A stretch of DNA of 64,000 nucleotides, taken from NCBI RefSeq assembly GCF_006345805.1, contig NC_043025.1:13516001-13580000 (forward strand), in the 5' to 3' direction. Below, in pieces: positions 34,720-47,794 of the stretch. Positions within the stretch are counted from its first letter, which is position 1; each line of letters opens with the position of its first letter. Made by a program: the position numbers and the translations under genes. Origin of the DNA: Octopus sinensis (lineage: Eukaryota). The notes under the pieces are model-generated. The model saw only the letters and a program-made list of their open reading frames with translations, did not search any database and was not told where the DNA came from.

Positions 34720-37007
34720 ATAGTGGCTGTGTGGTAAGTAGCTTGCTTACCAACCACATGGTTCCGGGTTCAGTCCCACTGCGTGGCATCTTGGGCAAGT
34801 GTCTTCTGCTATAGCCTCGGGGCCGACCAAAGCCTTGTGAGTGGATTTGGTAGACGGAAACTGAAAGAAGCCTGCCGTATATATGTATAGGCGCAGGAGT
34901 GGCTGTGTGGTAAGTAGCTTGTTTACCAACCACATGGTTGCGTGTTCAGTCCCACTCTGCATTTCACCTTGGTCAAGTGTCCTCTACTATAGCCTCGGGG
35001 CCGACCAAAGCCTTGTGAGTGGATTTGGTAGACGAAACTGAAAGAAGCCTGCCGTATATGTATAGGCGCAGGAGTGGCTGTGTGGTAAGTAACTTGTTTA
35101 CCAACCACATGGTTGCAGGTTCAGTCCCACTGCGTGGCATCTTGGTCAAGTGTCTTCTACTATAGCCCGTGGCCGACCAAAGCCTTGTGAGTGGATTTGG
35201 TAGACGGAAACTGAAAGAAGCCTGCCGTATATATGTATAGGCGTAGGAGTGGCTGTGTGGTAAGTAGCTTGTTTACCAACCACATGGTTGCAGGTTCAGT
35301 CCCACTGTGTGGCACCTTGGGCAAGTGTCTTCTGCTATAGCCTTGGGTAGACCAAAGCCTTGTGAGTGGATTTGGTAGACGGAAACTGAAAGAAGCCCAT
35401 CGTATATATGTATAGGCGCAGGAGTGGCTGTGTGGTAAGTAGCTTGTTTACCAACCACATTGTTCCGGGTTCAGTCCCACTGCATTTCACCTTGGTCAAG
35501 TGTCTTCTACTATAGCCTCGGGGCCGACCAAAGCCTTGTGAGTGGATTTGGTAGACGGAAACTGAAAGAAGCCTGCCGTATATATGTATAGGCGCAGGAG
35601 TGGCTGTGTGGTAAGTAGCTTGTTTACCAACCACATGGTTGCAGGTTCAGTCCCACTGCATTTCACCTTGGTCAAGTGTCTTCTACTATAGCCTCGGGGC
35701 CGACCAAAGCCTTGTGAGTGGATTTGGTAGACGGAAACTGAAAGAAGCCTGCCGTATATATGTATAGGCGCAGGAGTGGCTGTGTGGTAAGTAGCTTGTT
35801 TACCAACCACATGGTTGCAGGTTCAGTCCCACTGCATTTCACCTTGGTCATGTCTCTACTATAGCCTCGGGGCCGACCAAAGCCTTGTGAGTGGATTTGG
35901 TAGACGGAAACTGAAAGAAGCCTGCCGTATATATGTATAGGCGCAGGAGTGGCTGTGTGGTAAGTAGCTTGTTTACCAACCACATGGTTGCAGGTTCAGT
36001 CCCACTGCATTTCACCTTGGTCAGTGTCTTCTACTATAGCCTCGGGGCCGACCAAAGCCTTGTGAGTGGATTTGGTAGACGGAACTGAAGAAGCCTGCCG
36101 TATATATGTATAGGCAAGGAGTGGCTGTGTGTGTAGTAGCTTGTTTACCAACCACATGGTTGCAGGTTCAGTCCCACTGCGTGGCACCTTGGTCAAGTGT
36201 CTTCTATATAGCCTCGGGGCCGACCAAGCCTTGTGAGTGGATTTGGTAGACGGAAACTGAAGAAGCCTGCCGTATATATGTATAGGCGCAGGAGTGGCTG
36301 TGTGGTAAGTAGCTTGTTTACCAACCACATGGTTGCAGGTTCAGTCCCACTGCGTGGCATCTTGTCAAGTGTCTTCTACATATAGCCTCGGGGCCGACCA
36401 AAGCCTTGTGAGTGGATTTGGTAGACGGAAACTGAAAGAAGCCTGCCGTATATATGTATAGGCCGGAGTGGCTGTGTGGTAAGTAGCTTGTTTACCAACC
36501 ACATGGTTGCAGTTCAGTCCCACTGCATTTCACCTTGGTCAAGTGTCTTCTACTATAGCCTCGGGGCCGACCAAAGCCTTGTGAGTGGATTTGGTAGACG
36601 GAAACTGAAAGAAGCCTGCCGTATATATGTATAGGCGCAGGAGTGGCTGTGTGGTAAGTAGCTTGCTAACCAACCACATGGTTTCGTGTTCAGTCCCACT
36701 GCGTGGCATCTTGGGCAAGTGTCTTCTGCTATAGCCCCGCCCCGACCAATGCCTTGTGAGTGGATTTGGTAGACGGAAACTGAAAGAAGCCTGTCGTATA
36801 TATGTATATGTGTGTCTGTGTTTATCCCCCTAGCATTGCTTGACAACCGATGCTGGTGTGTTTACGTCCCCGTCACTTTGCGGTTCGGCAAAAGAGACCG
36901 ATAGAATAAGTACTGTGCTTACAAAGAATAAGTCCCAGGGTCGATTTGCTCGACTGAAGGTGTGTGCTCCAGCATGGCCGCAGTCAAATGACTGAAACAA
37001 GTAAAAA
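34720..37007 (+). repeat. Tandem array of 12 tRNA-SINE heads (approx 175-bp period) ending in one full-length SINE
   Basis: Units start near 34722, 34888, 35061, 35238, 35413, 35589, 35765, 35937, 36110, 36281, 36460 and 36631; each has A-box GTGGCTGTGTGG and B-box GGTTCAGTCCC. Confidence 0.9.
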
Positions 37008-38222
37008 GTATAGATATATATATATATATAAAACTTACTTGACCAAATTCACTCACAAGAATTGGTCAGCCCAAGGCTATAGTATAAGATATTTGCCCAA
37101 GGTGCCATGCAGTGGGATTGACCTATAACCATGTAGCCGGGAAGCAAGCTTCTTACCACACAGCTGCTATTTATGTATAACTTCTGAGGTTCTGCCAGCA
37201 ATGGAACATATGTAGGTAAGATTTCATCTACCCCATTCTCTAATTTTAGATTTTTATTCACATACCCAGCCACCCCAGCTGCTAACTGTAAGCTATAAAA
37301 CAAATTTTCAGCTTATTGCAACTTCGACATGGGAAAAAACCAACCAAGCACCACGTCAATAAACCACTATTGCCCTGAGGTTTTTTTTTAGACCATCTCT
37401 ATGGACTGCTTGAAGTTTACTAACGGCGTAGGAGTGGCTGTGTGGTAATAGCTTGCTTACCAACCACATTGTTCCGGGTTCAGTCCCACTGCGTGGCACC
37501 TTGGGCAAGTGTCTTCTACTATAGCCTCGGGGCCGACCAAAGGCTTGTGAGTGGATTTGGTAGACGGAAACTGAAAGAAGCCCGTCGTGTATGTTGTGTG
37601 TATGTGTTTTGTGTCTGTGTTTGTCTCCCCAACATCGCTTGACAACCGATGCTGGTGTGTTACGTCCCCGTCACTTTGCGGTTCGGCAAAAGAGACCGAT
37701 AGAATAAGTACTGTGCTTACAAAGAATAAGTCCCAGGGTCGATTTGCTCGACTGAAGGTGGTGCTCCAGCATGGCCGCAGTCAAATGACTGAAACAAGTA
37801 AAAGAGTATATATATATATATATATAAAACTTACTTGACCAAATTCACTCACAAGAATTTGGTCAGCCCAAGGCTATAGTATAAGATATTTGCCCAAGGT
37901 GCCATGCAGTGGGATTGAACCTATAACCATGTAGCCGGGAAGCAAGCTTCTTACCACACAGCTGCTATTTATGTATAACTTCTGAGGTTCTGCCAGCAAT
38001 GGAACATATGTAGGTAAGATTTCATCTACCCCATTCTCTAATTTTAGATTTTTATTCACATACCCAGCCACCCCAGCTGCTAACTGTAAGCTATAAAACA
38101 AATTTTTCAGCTTATTGAACTTCGACATGGGAAAAAACCAACCAAGCACCCACGTCAATAAACCACTATTGCCCCTGAAGGTTTTTTTTAGACCATCTAC
38201 TATGGACTGCTTGAAGTTTACT
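36631..38222. repeat. Approx 797-bp tandem duplication (SINE + unique flank)
   Basis: 37020-37425 repeated at 37820-38222 with mostly 1-nt indels. Confidence 0.9.
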
Positions 38223-38961
38223 AACGGCGTAGGAGTGGCTGTGTGGTAAATAGCTTGCTTACCAACCACATTGTTCCGGGTTCAGTCCCACTGCGTGGCA
38301 CCTTGGGCAAGTGTCTTCTACTATAGCCTCGGGCCGACCAAAGGCTTGTGAGTGGATTTGGTAGACGGAAACTGAAAGAAGCCCGTCGTGTATGTGTGTG
38401 TGTATGTGTTTGTGTGTCTGTGTTTGTCTCCCCAACATCGCTTGACAACCGATGCTGGTGTGTTTATGTCTCTGTAACTTAGCGGTTCAGCAAAAGAGAC
38501 CAATAAGTGCTGGGGGTCGATTTGCTCGACTAAAGGCGGTGCTCCAGCATTGCTACAGTCACATGACTGAAACGAGTAAAAGAGAGTAAAGAGTTCCTAC
38601 ACCTTGATCGGTTGGTGTGTCATATATATATATATACGATGGGCTTCTTTCAGTTTCCGTCTACCATATCCACTCACAAGGCTCCAGCATGGCCACAGTC
38701 AAATGACTGAAACAAGCAGAAGAGTAATAGAGTAAGGGTGTATATATGATACTCTTTTCTCTTTTACTTGTTTCAGTCATTTGGATGCGGCCATGCTGGA
38801 GCACCGCCTTTAGTCGAGCAAATCAACCCCCGGGACTTACTCTTTGTAAACCCAGTACTTATTCTATCGGTCTCTTTTTGCCGAACCGCTAAGTGACGGA
38901 AACGTAAACACACCAGCATCGGTTGTCAAGCAATGCTAGGGGGACAAACACAGACACACAA

Positions 38962-39012
<51 letters not shown>

Positions 39013-40320
39013 TACATATATACGACGGGCTTCTTTCAGTTTCCGTCTACCAAATCCACTCACAAGGCATTGGTCGGCCCGGGGCTATAGTAGAAGACAC
39101 TTGCCCAAGATGCCACGCAGTAGGACTGAACCCGGAACCATGTGGTTGGTAAGCAAGCTACTTACCACACAGCCACTCCTGCGCCTATATATATATATAC
39201 ATATATACGACAGGCTTCTTTCAGTTTCCGTCTACCAAATCCACTCACAAGGCATTGGTCGGCCCGGGGCTATAGCAGAAGACACTTGCACAAGATGCCA
39301 CGCAGTGGGACTGAACCCGGGACCATGTGGTTGGTTAGCAAGCTACTTACCACACAGCCGCTCCTGGTGATGACGATGACGTTGTTGGCCTAATTGCACT
39401 TGTAATTCAAATTTCGCTGCTTTCGTGTGTCCCACATTTATGTATTGAACACCACACAACAGAAGCTGCTGCTGCTGGATTGCTCCGTTATGTGTGAGAA
39501 AGAGAACAACCTGATGTAGTGATTAACGAATGCTATTGATCGATTATCTTTCTTCTTTCCTACGTTCTCGGCGTCCATGTGTGCCAGGTGCCAACAAGCT
39601 GTCGACAATGATGGGCGGGTTTCCTTCTGAACAGCTGCACATGTCAGTGTGTGTTTGTATATATATATATAAATAGATGGATATATATAGGCGTAAGAGT
39701 GGCTGTGTGGTAAGTAGCTTGCTTACCAGCCACATGGTTCCGGGTTCAGTCCCACTGCGTGGCATCTTGGGCGAGGATCTTCTATAGCTACACATATATA
39801 TGTGTGTGTGTGTGTGTATATATATATACATATATATATCAATCATGATCACGTGATCAACCAGACCATCAGATGTTGTTACACATCGCTGGTCACAATG
39901 CGCTTCGCATTGTTTTAGCCTTCGAATGACGCCACCCCACTGGCTAAGCGAGCAGGCCAACAGAAGAAAGAGTGGTGAAAGAGTACAGCAGGGATCACCA
40001 CCCCCTGCCGGAGCATCGTGAAGCTTTTTTTTAGGTGTTTTCGCTCAATAAACACACACAACGCCCGGTCTGGGAATCGAAACCGCGATCCTACGACCGC
40101 GAGTCCGCTGCCCTAACCACTGGGCCATTGCGCCTCCATGTGTGTGTGTGTGTATATAATGAAAGAAAATGGAGAATTATGGATGTATACTCTTTTACTT
40201 GTTTCAGTCATTTGACTGTGGCCATGCTGGAGCACGAATAATTTATTTGTATGACTTTATGAGGTTGGAAGTTTTTTTTATAAAAACAATGCAAATAAAT
40301 TGTAAATTATGAAGCTTAGA

Positions 40321-40576
40321 AAAAGAAATGGCAGATGCCAACAACCTACACGTGTTTCGATTCATGCCCCCTGGGGATTTGTAAGTCTAAGCATTTGGGT
40401 AGGGCCATGTGCTAAGAATTGGTCATCATTTTCAACTATGCGGGGTAGAATCTCATCAGGGCTTTATAGGCTTATTACAACAAGGGTCCATACATTTCTA
40501 GAAAGGATACAGTTGAATGTCATGTGGGAGCATGAATCGAAACAGGTGTAGGCTCTTGGCATCAGACATTTCTTTT
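40321..40576. repeat. Approx 51-bp imperfect inverted repeat overlapping the 40343 hammerhead
   Basis: 40321-40371 vs 40526-40576. Confidence 0.85.
40343..40463 (-). ncRNA. Type I hammerhead ribozyme, complete core, GUA cleavage site, 84-nt stem II insert
   Basis: AGCC CUGAUGA GAUUC...GAAUC GAAA C-ACGU-G U A | GGUU. Predicted cut between 40347 and 40346. Confidence 0.8.
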
Positions 40577-40592
40577 AGAGTTCTGTAATTTA

Positions 40593-40946
40593 CTAGCAGT
40601 ATCGCCCCGGCGTTGCTCGGGTTTGTAAGGGAAATAACTATATAAGCATTTTTAGAGATTGCTAACCACAAAGGGGGGTGTTACTGTAGCTTTTTACGTT
40701 CTGAGATTTAATAATACATTTTTAGAGAGTTACTTCCCTTATATAATAGCAAAAAAAATGCATTAAAAATGGGAAAAAATGATGGTAAATTTTTTTTTTA
40801 GACGCATGCTAATACCCAGAAGGGCTCAATATGAATCACGACTATAAGATACCCGGTTTTGGTTACACTGCACCGCAAAATGTGGGAGTAGTTAGGAATC
40901 TAAATCGTAGGAGACAGACACACAACTTCACTTTTATATATAAAGA
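40593..40946 (-). mobile_element. Non-autonomous Helitron-type element
   Basis: A|TCTTTATATATAAAAG start, CCCGAGCAACGCCGGGG hairpin, CTAG|T end on the minus strand. Confidence 0.75.
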
Positions 40947-41523
40947 TTTGTATTTATTCTTTTGTTTTATGTTTTTATTTGTTTCAGTCATTTGACTACA
41001 GCCATGCTGGAGCACCGCCCTTAGTCAAGCAAATCGGCCCCAGGACTTATTCTTTGTAAGCCTAGTACTTATTCTATCGGTCACTTTTTGCCGAACCACT
41101 AAGTGACGGGGCCGTAAACGCAGGAGCATCGCTTGTCAAGCGATGTTGGGGGGCGGGGACAAACACACACACACATATGCGAAGGGTTTCTTTCAATTTC
41201 CATTTACCAAATCCACTCACAAGGCTTTGGTAGGCCCAAGGTTATAATAAGAAGATACTTGCCCAAGGTGCCTCGCAGTGGGACTGAACCTGGAACCATG
41301 TGGTTGGGAAGCAAGCTTCTTACCACACAGCCAATACACACACACATATGTTTGTGTATGTGTTAAGGTCATACCTTTGGTAACGAGCCGCAGGTGTCAA
41401 AGCAGGTGAATATGAAGTATTTTTATTGATCTTATATTTATCGTTTTTGTTGTTTTTGATGCAGTTTTAGGACAATTCAGGTGTTGCCATGACGATGTAA
41501 CAGCTAAACTTAAATGCACACAC

Positions 41524-43896
41524 ATGTGTGTGTCTGTGTGTGAGTGTTGGTGTGTGTACGTATCTGTTTCTGTGTGTGTGTGTGTATCTCTGTTTCTGTG
41601 TGTGTGTGTGTATCTCTGTTTCTGTGTGTGTGTGTGTATCTCTGTTTCTCTGTGTGTGTGTGTATCTCTGTTTCTGTGTGTGTGTGTGTATCTCTGTTTC
41701 TGTGTGTGTGTGTGTATCTCTGTTCTATGTGTGTGTGTGTGTTGTGTATCTCTGTTTCTCGGTGTGTGTGTGTGTTGTGGTGTGTGCGTATCTCTGTTTC
41801 TCTGTGTGTGTGTGTTGTTTGGTGTGTGTGTATTCGTTTTCTTGTGTGTGTGTGTGTGTGTGTGTGTATCTCTGTTTCTCTGTGTGTGTGTGTGTATCTC
41901 TGTTTCTGTGTGTGTGTGTGTGTGTGTGTATCTCTGTTTCTGTGTGTGTGTGTGTGTATCTCTGTTCTGTGTGTGTTGTGTGTGTGTATCTCTGTTTCTG
42001 TGTGTGTGTGTGTGTGTGTGTATCTCTGTTTCTGTGTGTGTGTGTGTGTGTCTCTGTTTCTGTGTGTGTGTGTGTGTATCTCTGTTTCTGTGTGTGTGTG
42101 TGTGTGTGTGTCTCTGTTTCTGTGTGTGTGTGTTGTGTATCTCTGTTTCTGTGTGTGTGTGTGTGTGTGTGTATCTCTGTTTCTGTGTGTGTGTGTGTGT
42201 GTATCTCTGTTTCTGTGTGTGTGTGTGTGTGTATCTCTGTTTCTCGTGTGTGTGTGTGTGTGTATCTCTGTTTCTGTGTTGTGTGTGTGTGTGTGTGTGT
42301 GTATCTCTGTTTCTGTGTGTGTGTGTGTGTGTGTGTATCTCTGTTTCTGTGTGTGTGTGTGTGTGTGTGTATCTCTGTTTCTCTGTGTGTGTGTGTATCT
42401 CTGTTTCTCGTGGTGTGTGTATCTCTGTTTCTGTGTGTGGTGTGTGTGTGATATCTGTTTCTAGTGTGGTGTGGTGTATCTCTGTTTTCTGTGGTGTGTG
42501 TGTGTGTGTGTGTGTATCTCTCTGTTTCTTGTGGTGTGTGTGTATCTCTGTTTCTGTGTGTGTGTGTGTGTGTGTATCTCTGTTTCTCTGTGTGTGTGTG
42601 TGTGTGTGTGTATCTCTGTTTCTGTGTGTGTGTGTGTGTGTGTATCTGTTTCTCTGTGTGTGTGTGTGTATCTCTGTTTCTGTGTGTGGTGTGTGTGTGT
42701 GTATCTCTGTTTCTCTGTGTGTGTGTGTGTGTGTATCTCTGTTTCTGTGTGTGTGTGTGTGTGTGTGTGTATCTCTGTTTCTCTGTGTGTGTGTGTGTGT
42801 GTATCTCTGTTTCTCTGTGTGTGTGTGTGTTGTATCTTGTTCTCTGGTGTGTGTGTGTATCTCTGTTTTCTGTGGTGTGTGTATCTCTGTTTCTCTGTGG
42901 TGTGTGTGGTGTGTGTGTATCTCTGTTTCTGTGTGTGTGTGTGTGTGTGTGTGTATCTCTGTTTCTTCTGTGTGTGTGGTGTGTGTATATCTGTTTCTCT
43001 GTGTGTGGTGGTGTGTGTATCTCTGTTTCTCTGTGTGTGTGTGTATATCGTTCTGTTTGTGGGTGTGTGTGTGTGTGTATCTATGTTTATGTGTGGTTGT
43101 TGTCTGTGTGGTGTGTGTGTGTGTGTGTGTATATCTGTTCTCTGTGGTGTGTGTGTGTGTGTTTATCTTGTTCTGTGTGTGTGTGTGTGTGTGTGTGTGT
43201 ATCTCTGTTTCTGTGTGTGGTGGGTGTGTGTATCTCTGTTTCTGTGTGTGGTGTGTGTCTGTGTGTGTATCTCTGTTTCTGTGTGTGTGTGTGTGTATCT
43301 CTGTTTCTCTGTGTGTGTGTTGTGTGTGTGTATCTCTGTTTCTTGTGTGTGTGTGGTGTGGTGTGTATGTGGTTGTTTCTCTGTGTGTGTGGTATCTCTG
43401 TTTCTCTGTGTGTGTGTGTGTATCTCTGTTTCTCTGTGTGTGTGTGTGTGTGTGTATCTCTGTTTCTGTGTGTGTGTGTGTGTGTGTGTATCTCTGTTTC
43501 TGTGTGTGTGTGTGTGGTGTGTATCTCTGTTTCTCTGTGTGTGTGTGTGTGTGTGTATCTCTGTTTCTCTGTGTGTGTGTGTATCTCTGTTTCTCTCGTG
43601 TGTGTGTGTGTGTGTATCTCTGTTTCTGTGTGTGTGTGTGTGTATCTCTGTTTCTGGTGTGTGGTGTGTGTGTATCTCTGTTCTCTGTGTGTTGTGTGTG
43701 TGTGTGTATCTCTGTTCTCTGTGTGGGTGTGTGTATCTCTGTTCCTGTGTGTGTGTGTGTGTATCTCTGTTTCTCTGTGTGGTGTGTGTGTGTGTGTATC
43801 TCTGTTTCTCTGTGTGTGTGTGTGTGTGTATCTCTGTTTCTCTGTGTGTGTGTGTGTATCTCTGTTTCTGTGTGTGTGTGTGTGTGTGTATCTCTG

Positions 43897-43931
<35 letters not shown>

Positions 43932-43950
43932 CTCTGTTTCTGTGTGTGTA
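41524..43950. repeat. 2.4-kb compound satellite (GT)n-ATCTCTGTTTCT
   Basis: About 100 units of a fixed 12-mer separated by variable GT runs. Confidence 0.95.
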
Positions 43951-44564
43951 GAAGTGTGTGTGTATCTTTATGCATGGGTGTGTGTGTGCATGCAGGTGCG
44001 TTTAATATGTATGTAGTACGTGGTGGGTGTAAGTTATGTATATGTGTGTGTGTGGAAGATAGAAATATATAAACTTAAAAATTTAAATTACATTGAGAAA
44101 TTAAGAAAATAATTAAATTTTAATTAAAGAAATTTTTTAATTAATTTAAGAATTAATTGAAAGAATCAAATTAGATTTAAGAAATAAAAATAAAAAAAAC
44201 AAAAATCAATTTAAGAAAATAAATGAAAGATTAAAAAATTTAAAAAATGAAATTACATTAAGAAATTGAAAAATATAAAAATTTTAATTAAAAAATTAAT
44301 TACTCTTTTACTTGTTTCAGTCATTTGACCATAGTCATGCTGGAGCACCGCCTTTAGTCAAGCAAATTGACCCCAAGACTTATTCTTTGCAAGCCTAGTA
44401 CTTATTCTATCGGTCTCTTTGGCTGAACTGCTAAGTTACGGGGACATAAACACACCAACATCGGTTGTCAGGCAATGTTGCGGGGACAAACGCAGACACA
44501 CAATCGTATACACACACATACATATATATATATATAATATATACATACATATATATATATATGT

Positions 44565-44830
44565 CGCCTTACTGGTACATGTGCCGGTGGCATGTGTAAA
44601 AAGATTCGAGTGAGGTCGTTGCCAGTACCACCTGACTGGCCCTATGCTGGTGGCACATAAAAAGCACCCACTACACTCTAGGAGTGGCTGGCGTTAGGAA
44701 GGCCATCCAGCTGTAGAAACTCTGCCAGATCAAGACTGGAGCCTGATGTGGCCATCTGGTTCACCAGTCCTCAGTCAAATCGTCCAACCCATGCCAGCAT
44801 GGAAAGCGGACGTTAAACGATGATGATGAT
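44565..44830 (+). mobile_element. RTE 3'-UTR copy
   Basis: UTR core and (GAT)n tail. Confidence 0.75.
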
Positions 44831-45056
44831 ATATATATATTACTCTTTTACTTGTTTCAGTCATTTGACTGCGGCCATGCTGGAGCACCGCCTTTAATCG
44901 AGCAACTCAACCCCGGGACTTATTCTTTTGTAAGCCTAGTACTTATTCTATCGGCCTCTTTTGCCGAACCGCTAAGTAACGGGGACGTAAACACACCAGC
45001 ATCGGTTGTCAAGCAATGCTAGGGGGACAAACACAGACACACAAACACACACATGC

Positions 45057-45087
<31 letters not shown>

Positions 45088-45109
45088 ATATATATATATT
45101 ATACACATA

Positions 45110-45970
45110 TACGACAGGCTTCTTCAGTTTCCGTCTACAAATCCACTCCCAAGTCATTGTCGGCCCGATGCTATAGTAGAAGACACTTGCCCAAGGTGCC
45201 ACGCAGTGGGACTGAACCTGGAACCATGTGGTTGGTTAGCAAGCTACTTACCACACAGCCACTCCTGCACCTATATACGATGGGCTTCTTTCAGTTTCCG
45301 TCTACCAAATCCACTCACAAGGCATTGGTCGGCCCGGGGCTACAGTAGAAGACACTTGCCCAAGATGCAACGCAGTGGGACTGAACCCGGAACCATGTAG
45401 TTGGTAAACAAGCTACTTACCACACAGCCACTCCTGCACCTATATACGACAGGCTTCTTTCAGTTTCCGTCTACCAAATCCACTCCCAAGTCATTGGTCG
45501 GCCCGAGGCTATAGTAGAAGACACTTGCCCAAGGTGCCACGCAGTGGGACTGAACCTGGAACCATGTGGTTGGTTAGCAAGCTACTTACCACGCAGCCAC
45601 TCCTGCACCTAATACATATATATACGATGGGCTTCTTTAAGTTTCCGTCTACCAAATCCACTCACAAGGCTTTGGTCGGCCCAAGGCTATAGTAGAAGAC
45701 ACGTACCCAAGATGCCATGCAGTGGGACTGAACCCGGAACCATGTGGTTGGTAAACAAGCTACTTACCACACAGCCACTCTGCGCCTATATATAATACAT
45801 ATATACGATGGGCTTCTTTCAGTTTCCGTCTACCAAATCCACTCACAAGGCATTGGTCGGCCCGGGGCTATAGCAGAAGACACTTGCCCAAGGTGCCACG
45901 CAGTGGGACTGAACCCGGAACCATGTGGTTGGTTAGCAAGCTACTTACCACACAGCCACTCCTGCACCTA
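45110..45970 (-). repeat. Tandem array of 5 SINE heads downstream of a SINE tail (44840-45030)
   Basis: Repeated ...GGGCTTCTTTCAGTTTCCGTCTACC...CACACAGCCACTCCTGC units of approx 170 bp. Confidence 0.85.
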
Positions 45971-46489
45971 TATATATATATGTGTGTGTATGTATTTATA
46001 AGCATACATAATATGTACATACACATACATATTCATACACACACACACATGTTTGGCTGCTTGTGTCATTACCAAATGTAAGACTATCTCTTCCTCCTCA
46101 TCCTCCTCCTCCTCATCCTCCTCCTCCTCCTCATCCTCATCCTCCTCCTCCAGATATGTTTCTTCATGGCGCAATCATGTTTGTAATTCCCCCATCTTCA
46201 GTTTCACCCTGGGCTTGGCTAAATGGGGACATGAATATCCAATTTGTAGCCTTGCTAACCTCATTAACCTACATTTGTAAAATGATTAACCCTGGTGCTG
46301 TCTCTCTCTGCCGACAGCCCCTGCCCCTACCCCCAGTCTCTCTCCCTGGTTTTGTGGTTGGGTAAGTCTTTCACTTCCATCAAGAAATTTCGCAGTTTTC
46401 CCCATTGGAATTGTCTAAGGTTCATCATTGCTTCTCTCGTCAACATCTTCGTTACCACCACCACCACTCTAAGGGAGACAGACACTTGA

Positions 46490-47046
46490 ACAGACAGATA
46501 AATAGACAGATAGATAGATAGATAGATAGATAGATGGATAGGTAGATAGATAGATAGACAGATAGATAGATAGATAGGTAGATAGACAGATAGATAGATA
46601 GATAGATAGACGGATGGATAGATAGATAGGTAGATAGATAGATAGATAGATAGGTAGATAGATAGATAGACAGATAGACAGATAGGTAGATAGACAGATA
46701 GATAGACAGACAGATAGATAGATAGATAGATGGATAGATAGATAGATAGACAGACAGATAGATAGATAGATGGATAGATAGATAGATAGATGGATGGATA
46801 GGTAGATAGATAGATAGATAGATAGACAGATAGATATGTTTCTTTATTAGCCACACAGACAAGACAAAATTACAAGGTAGAGCTTTTCTTTTGTGGGTAA
46901 AAGAAGGGGGTTTGGTTTTCGATCAAAAGGGATCGTAAATGGAAAGAAAGAGGACAAAAAAAGGGGGGGGGGATAAAAGAAAAAAAAGATAGATAGATAG
47001 ATAGATAGACAGATAGACAGATAGATAGATAGATAGATAGATAGAC

Positions 47047-47089
<43 letters not shown>

Positions 47090-47120
47090 CAGATAGATAA
47101 ATCGGTAGATAGATAGACAC
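46490..47120. repeat. (GATA/GACA)n microsatellites flanking a retroelement-tail-like insert
   Basis: Two GATA runs; the insert TTTCTTTATT.GCCAC...AAAAGGGATCGT also occurs at 50960-51130. Confidence 0.85.
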
Positions 47121-47794
47121 AGGCATACATGCACACATATACACAGAGATATACACACACATACATGAGAACACACCCACACCTACACAGAGAGACGCAA
47201 ACACGCACACAGATATATACTTAAACGCACTGACAAAAACACAGACACACGGGGAGGGGTTATCCCCTCCCTAATACATGGGCTTTCGCCCCCTCCTCCC
47301 TGCTCTGCTTTAAGTATGATCCCCCACCCCCTCATTCTCCTTGACCCCTTAACAAAATCACCTTTGAACTCCGACACCCCTCACCCCAGTGCAGCCTGTG
47401 CTAGCATCCGGGGGAGGGGGGGGGGGGGAGACAGTGTCCAGATGTTTCCGGAATGGGATACGGAAGAGGAGGATAAGCCACTGGAAGAATAAAGGGTCTC
47501 ACACATACACACACACAGGACGATTTCAGGTGGTTGCTTCACATGCTAGAAATAGCAGCTGAATCTCTTTAAAAGCTATTCTCTGTGACCTTAACTTTTA
47601 CTCGTTTCAATCGTTACACTGTGGCCATACTGTAGCATCACTTTGAAAGGGTTTTTTTTAGACAAGTGAATCGACCCTAGTGCTTGGTATCTGTGGTAAA
47701 GCCTGGTACTTATTCTATCGGTCATTTTTGCAGAACTGCTAAGTTATGGGGATGTAAACACACCAACACCGGTTGTCAAGCAGTAATGGGGGAC

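Noticed and set aside
34720-36800. tRNA gene cluster
   Set aside because: A/B boxes present but no cloverleaf acceptor stem; units continue into SINE body.
41524-44072. 830-, 533-, 495-, 307- and 270-aa ORFs (CVCV/HTHT)
   Set aside because: Translation of a (GT)n compound satellite; open in several frames at once.
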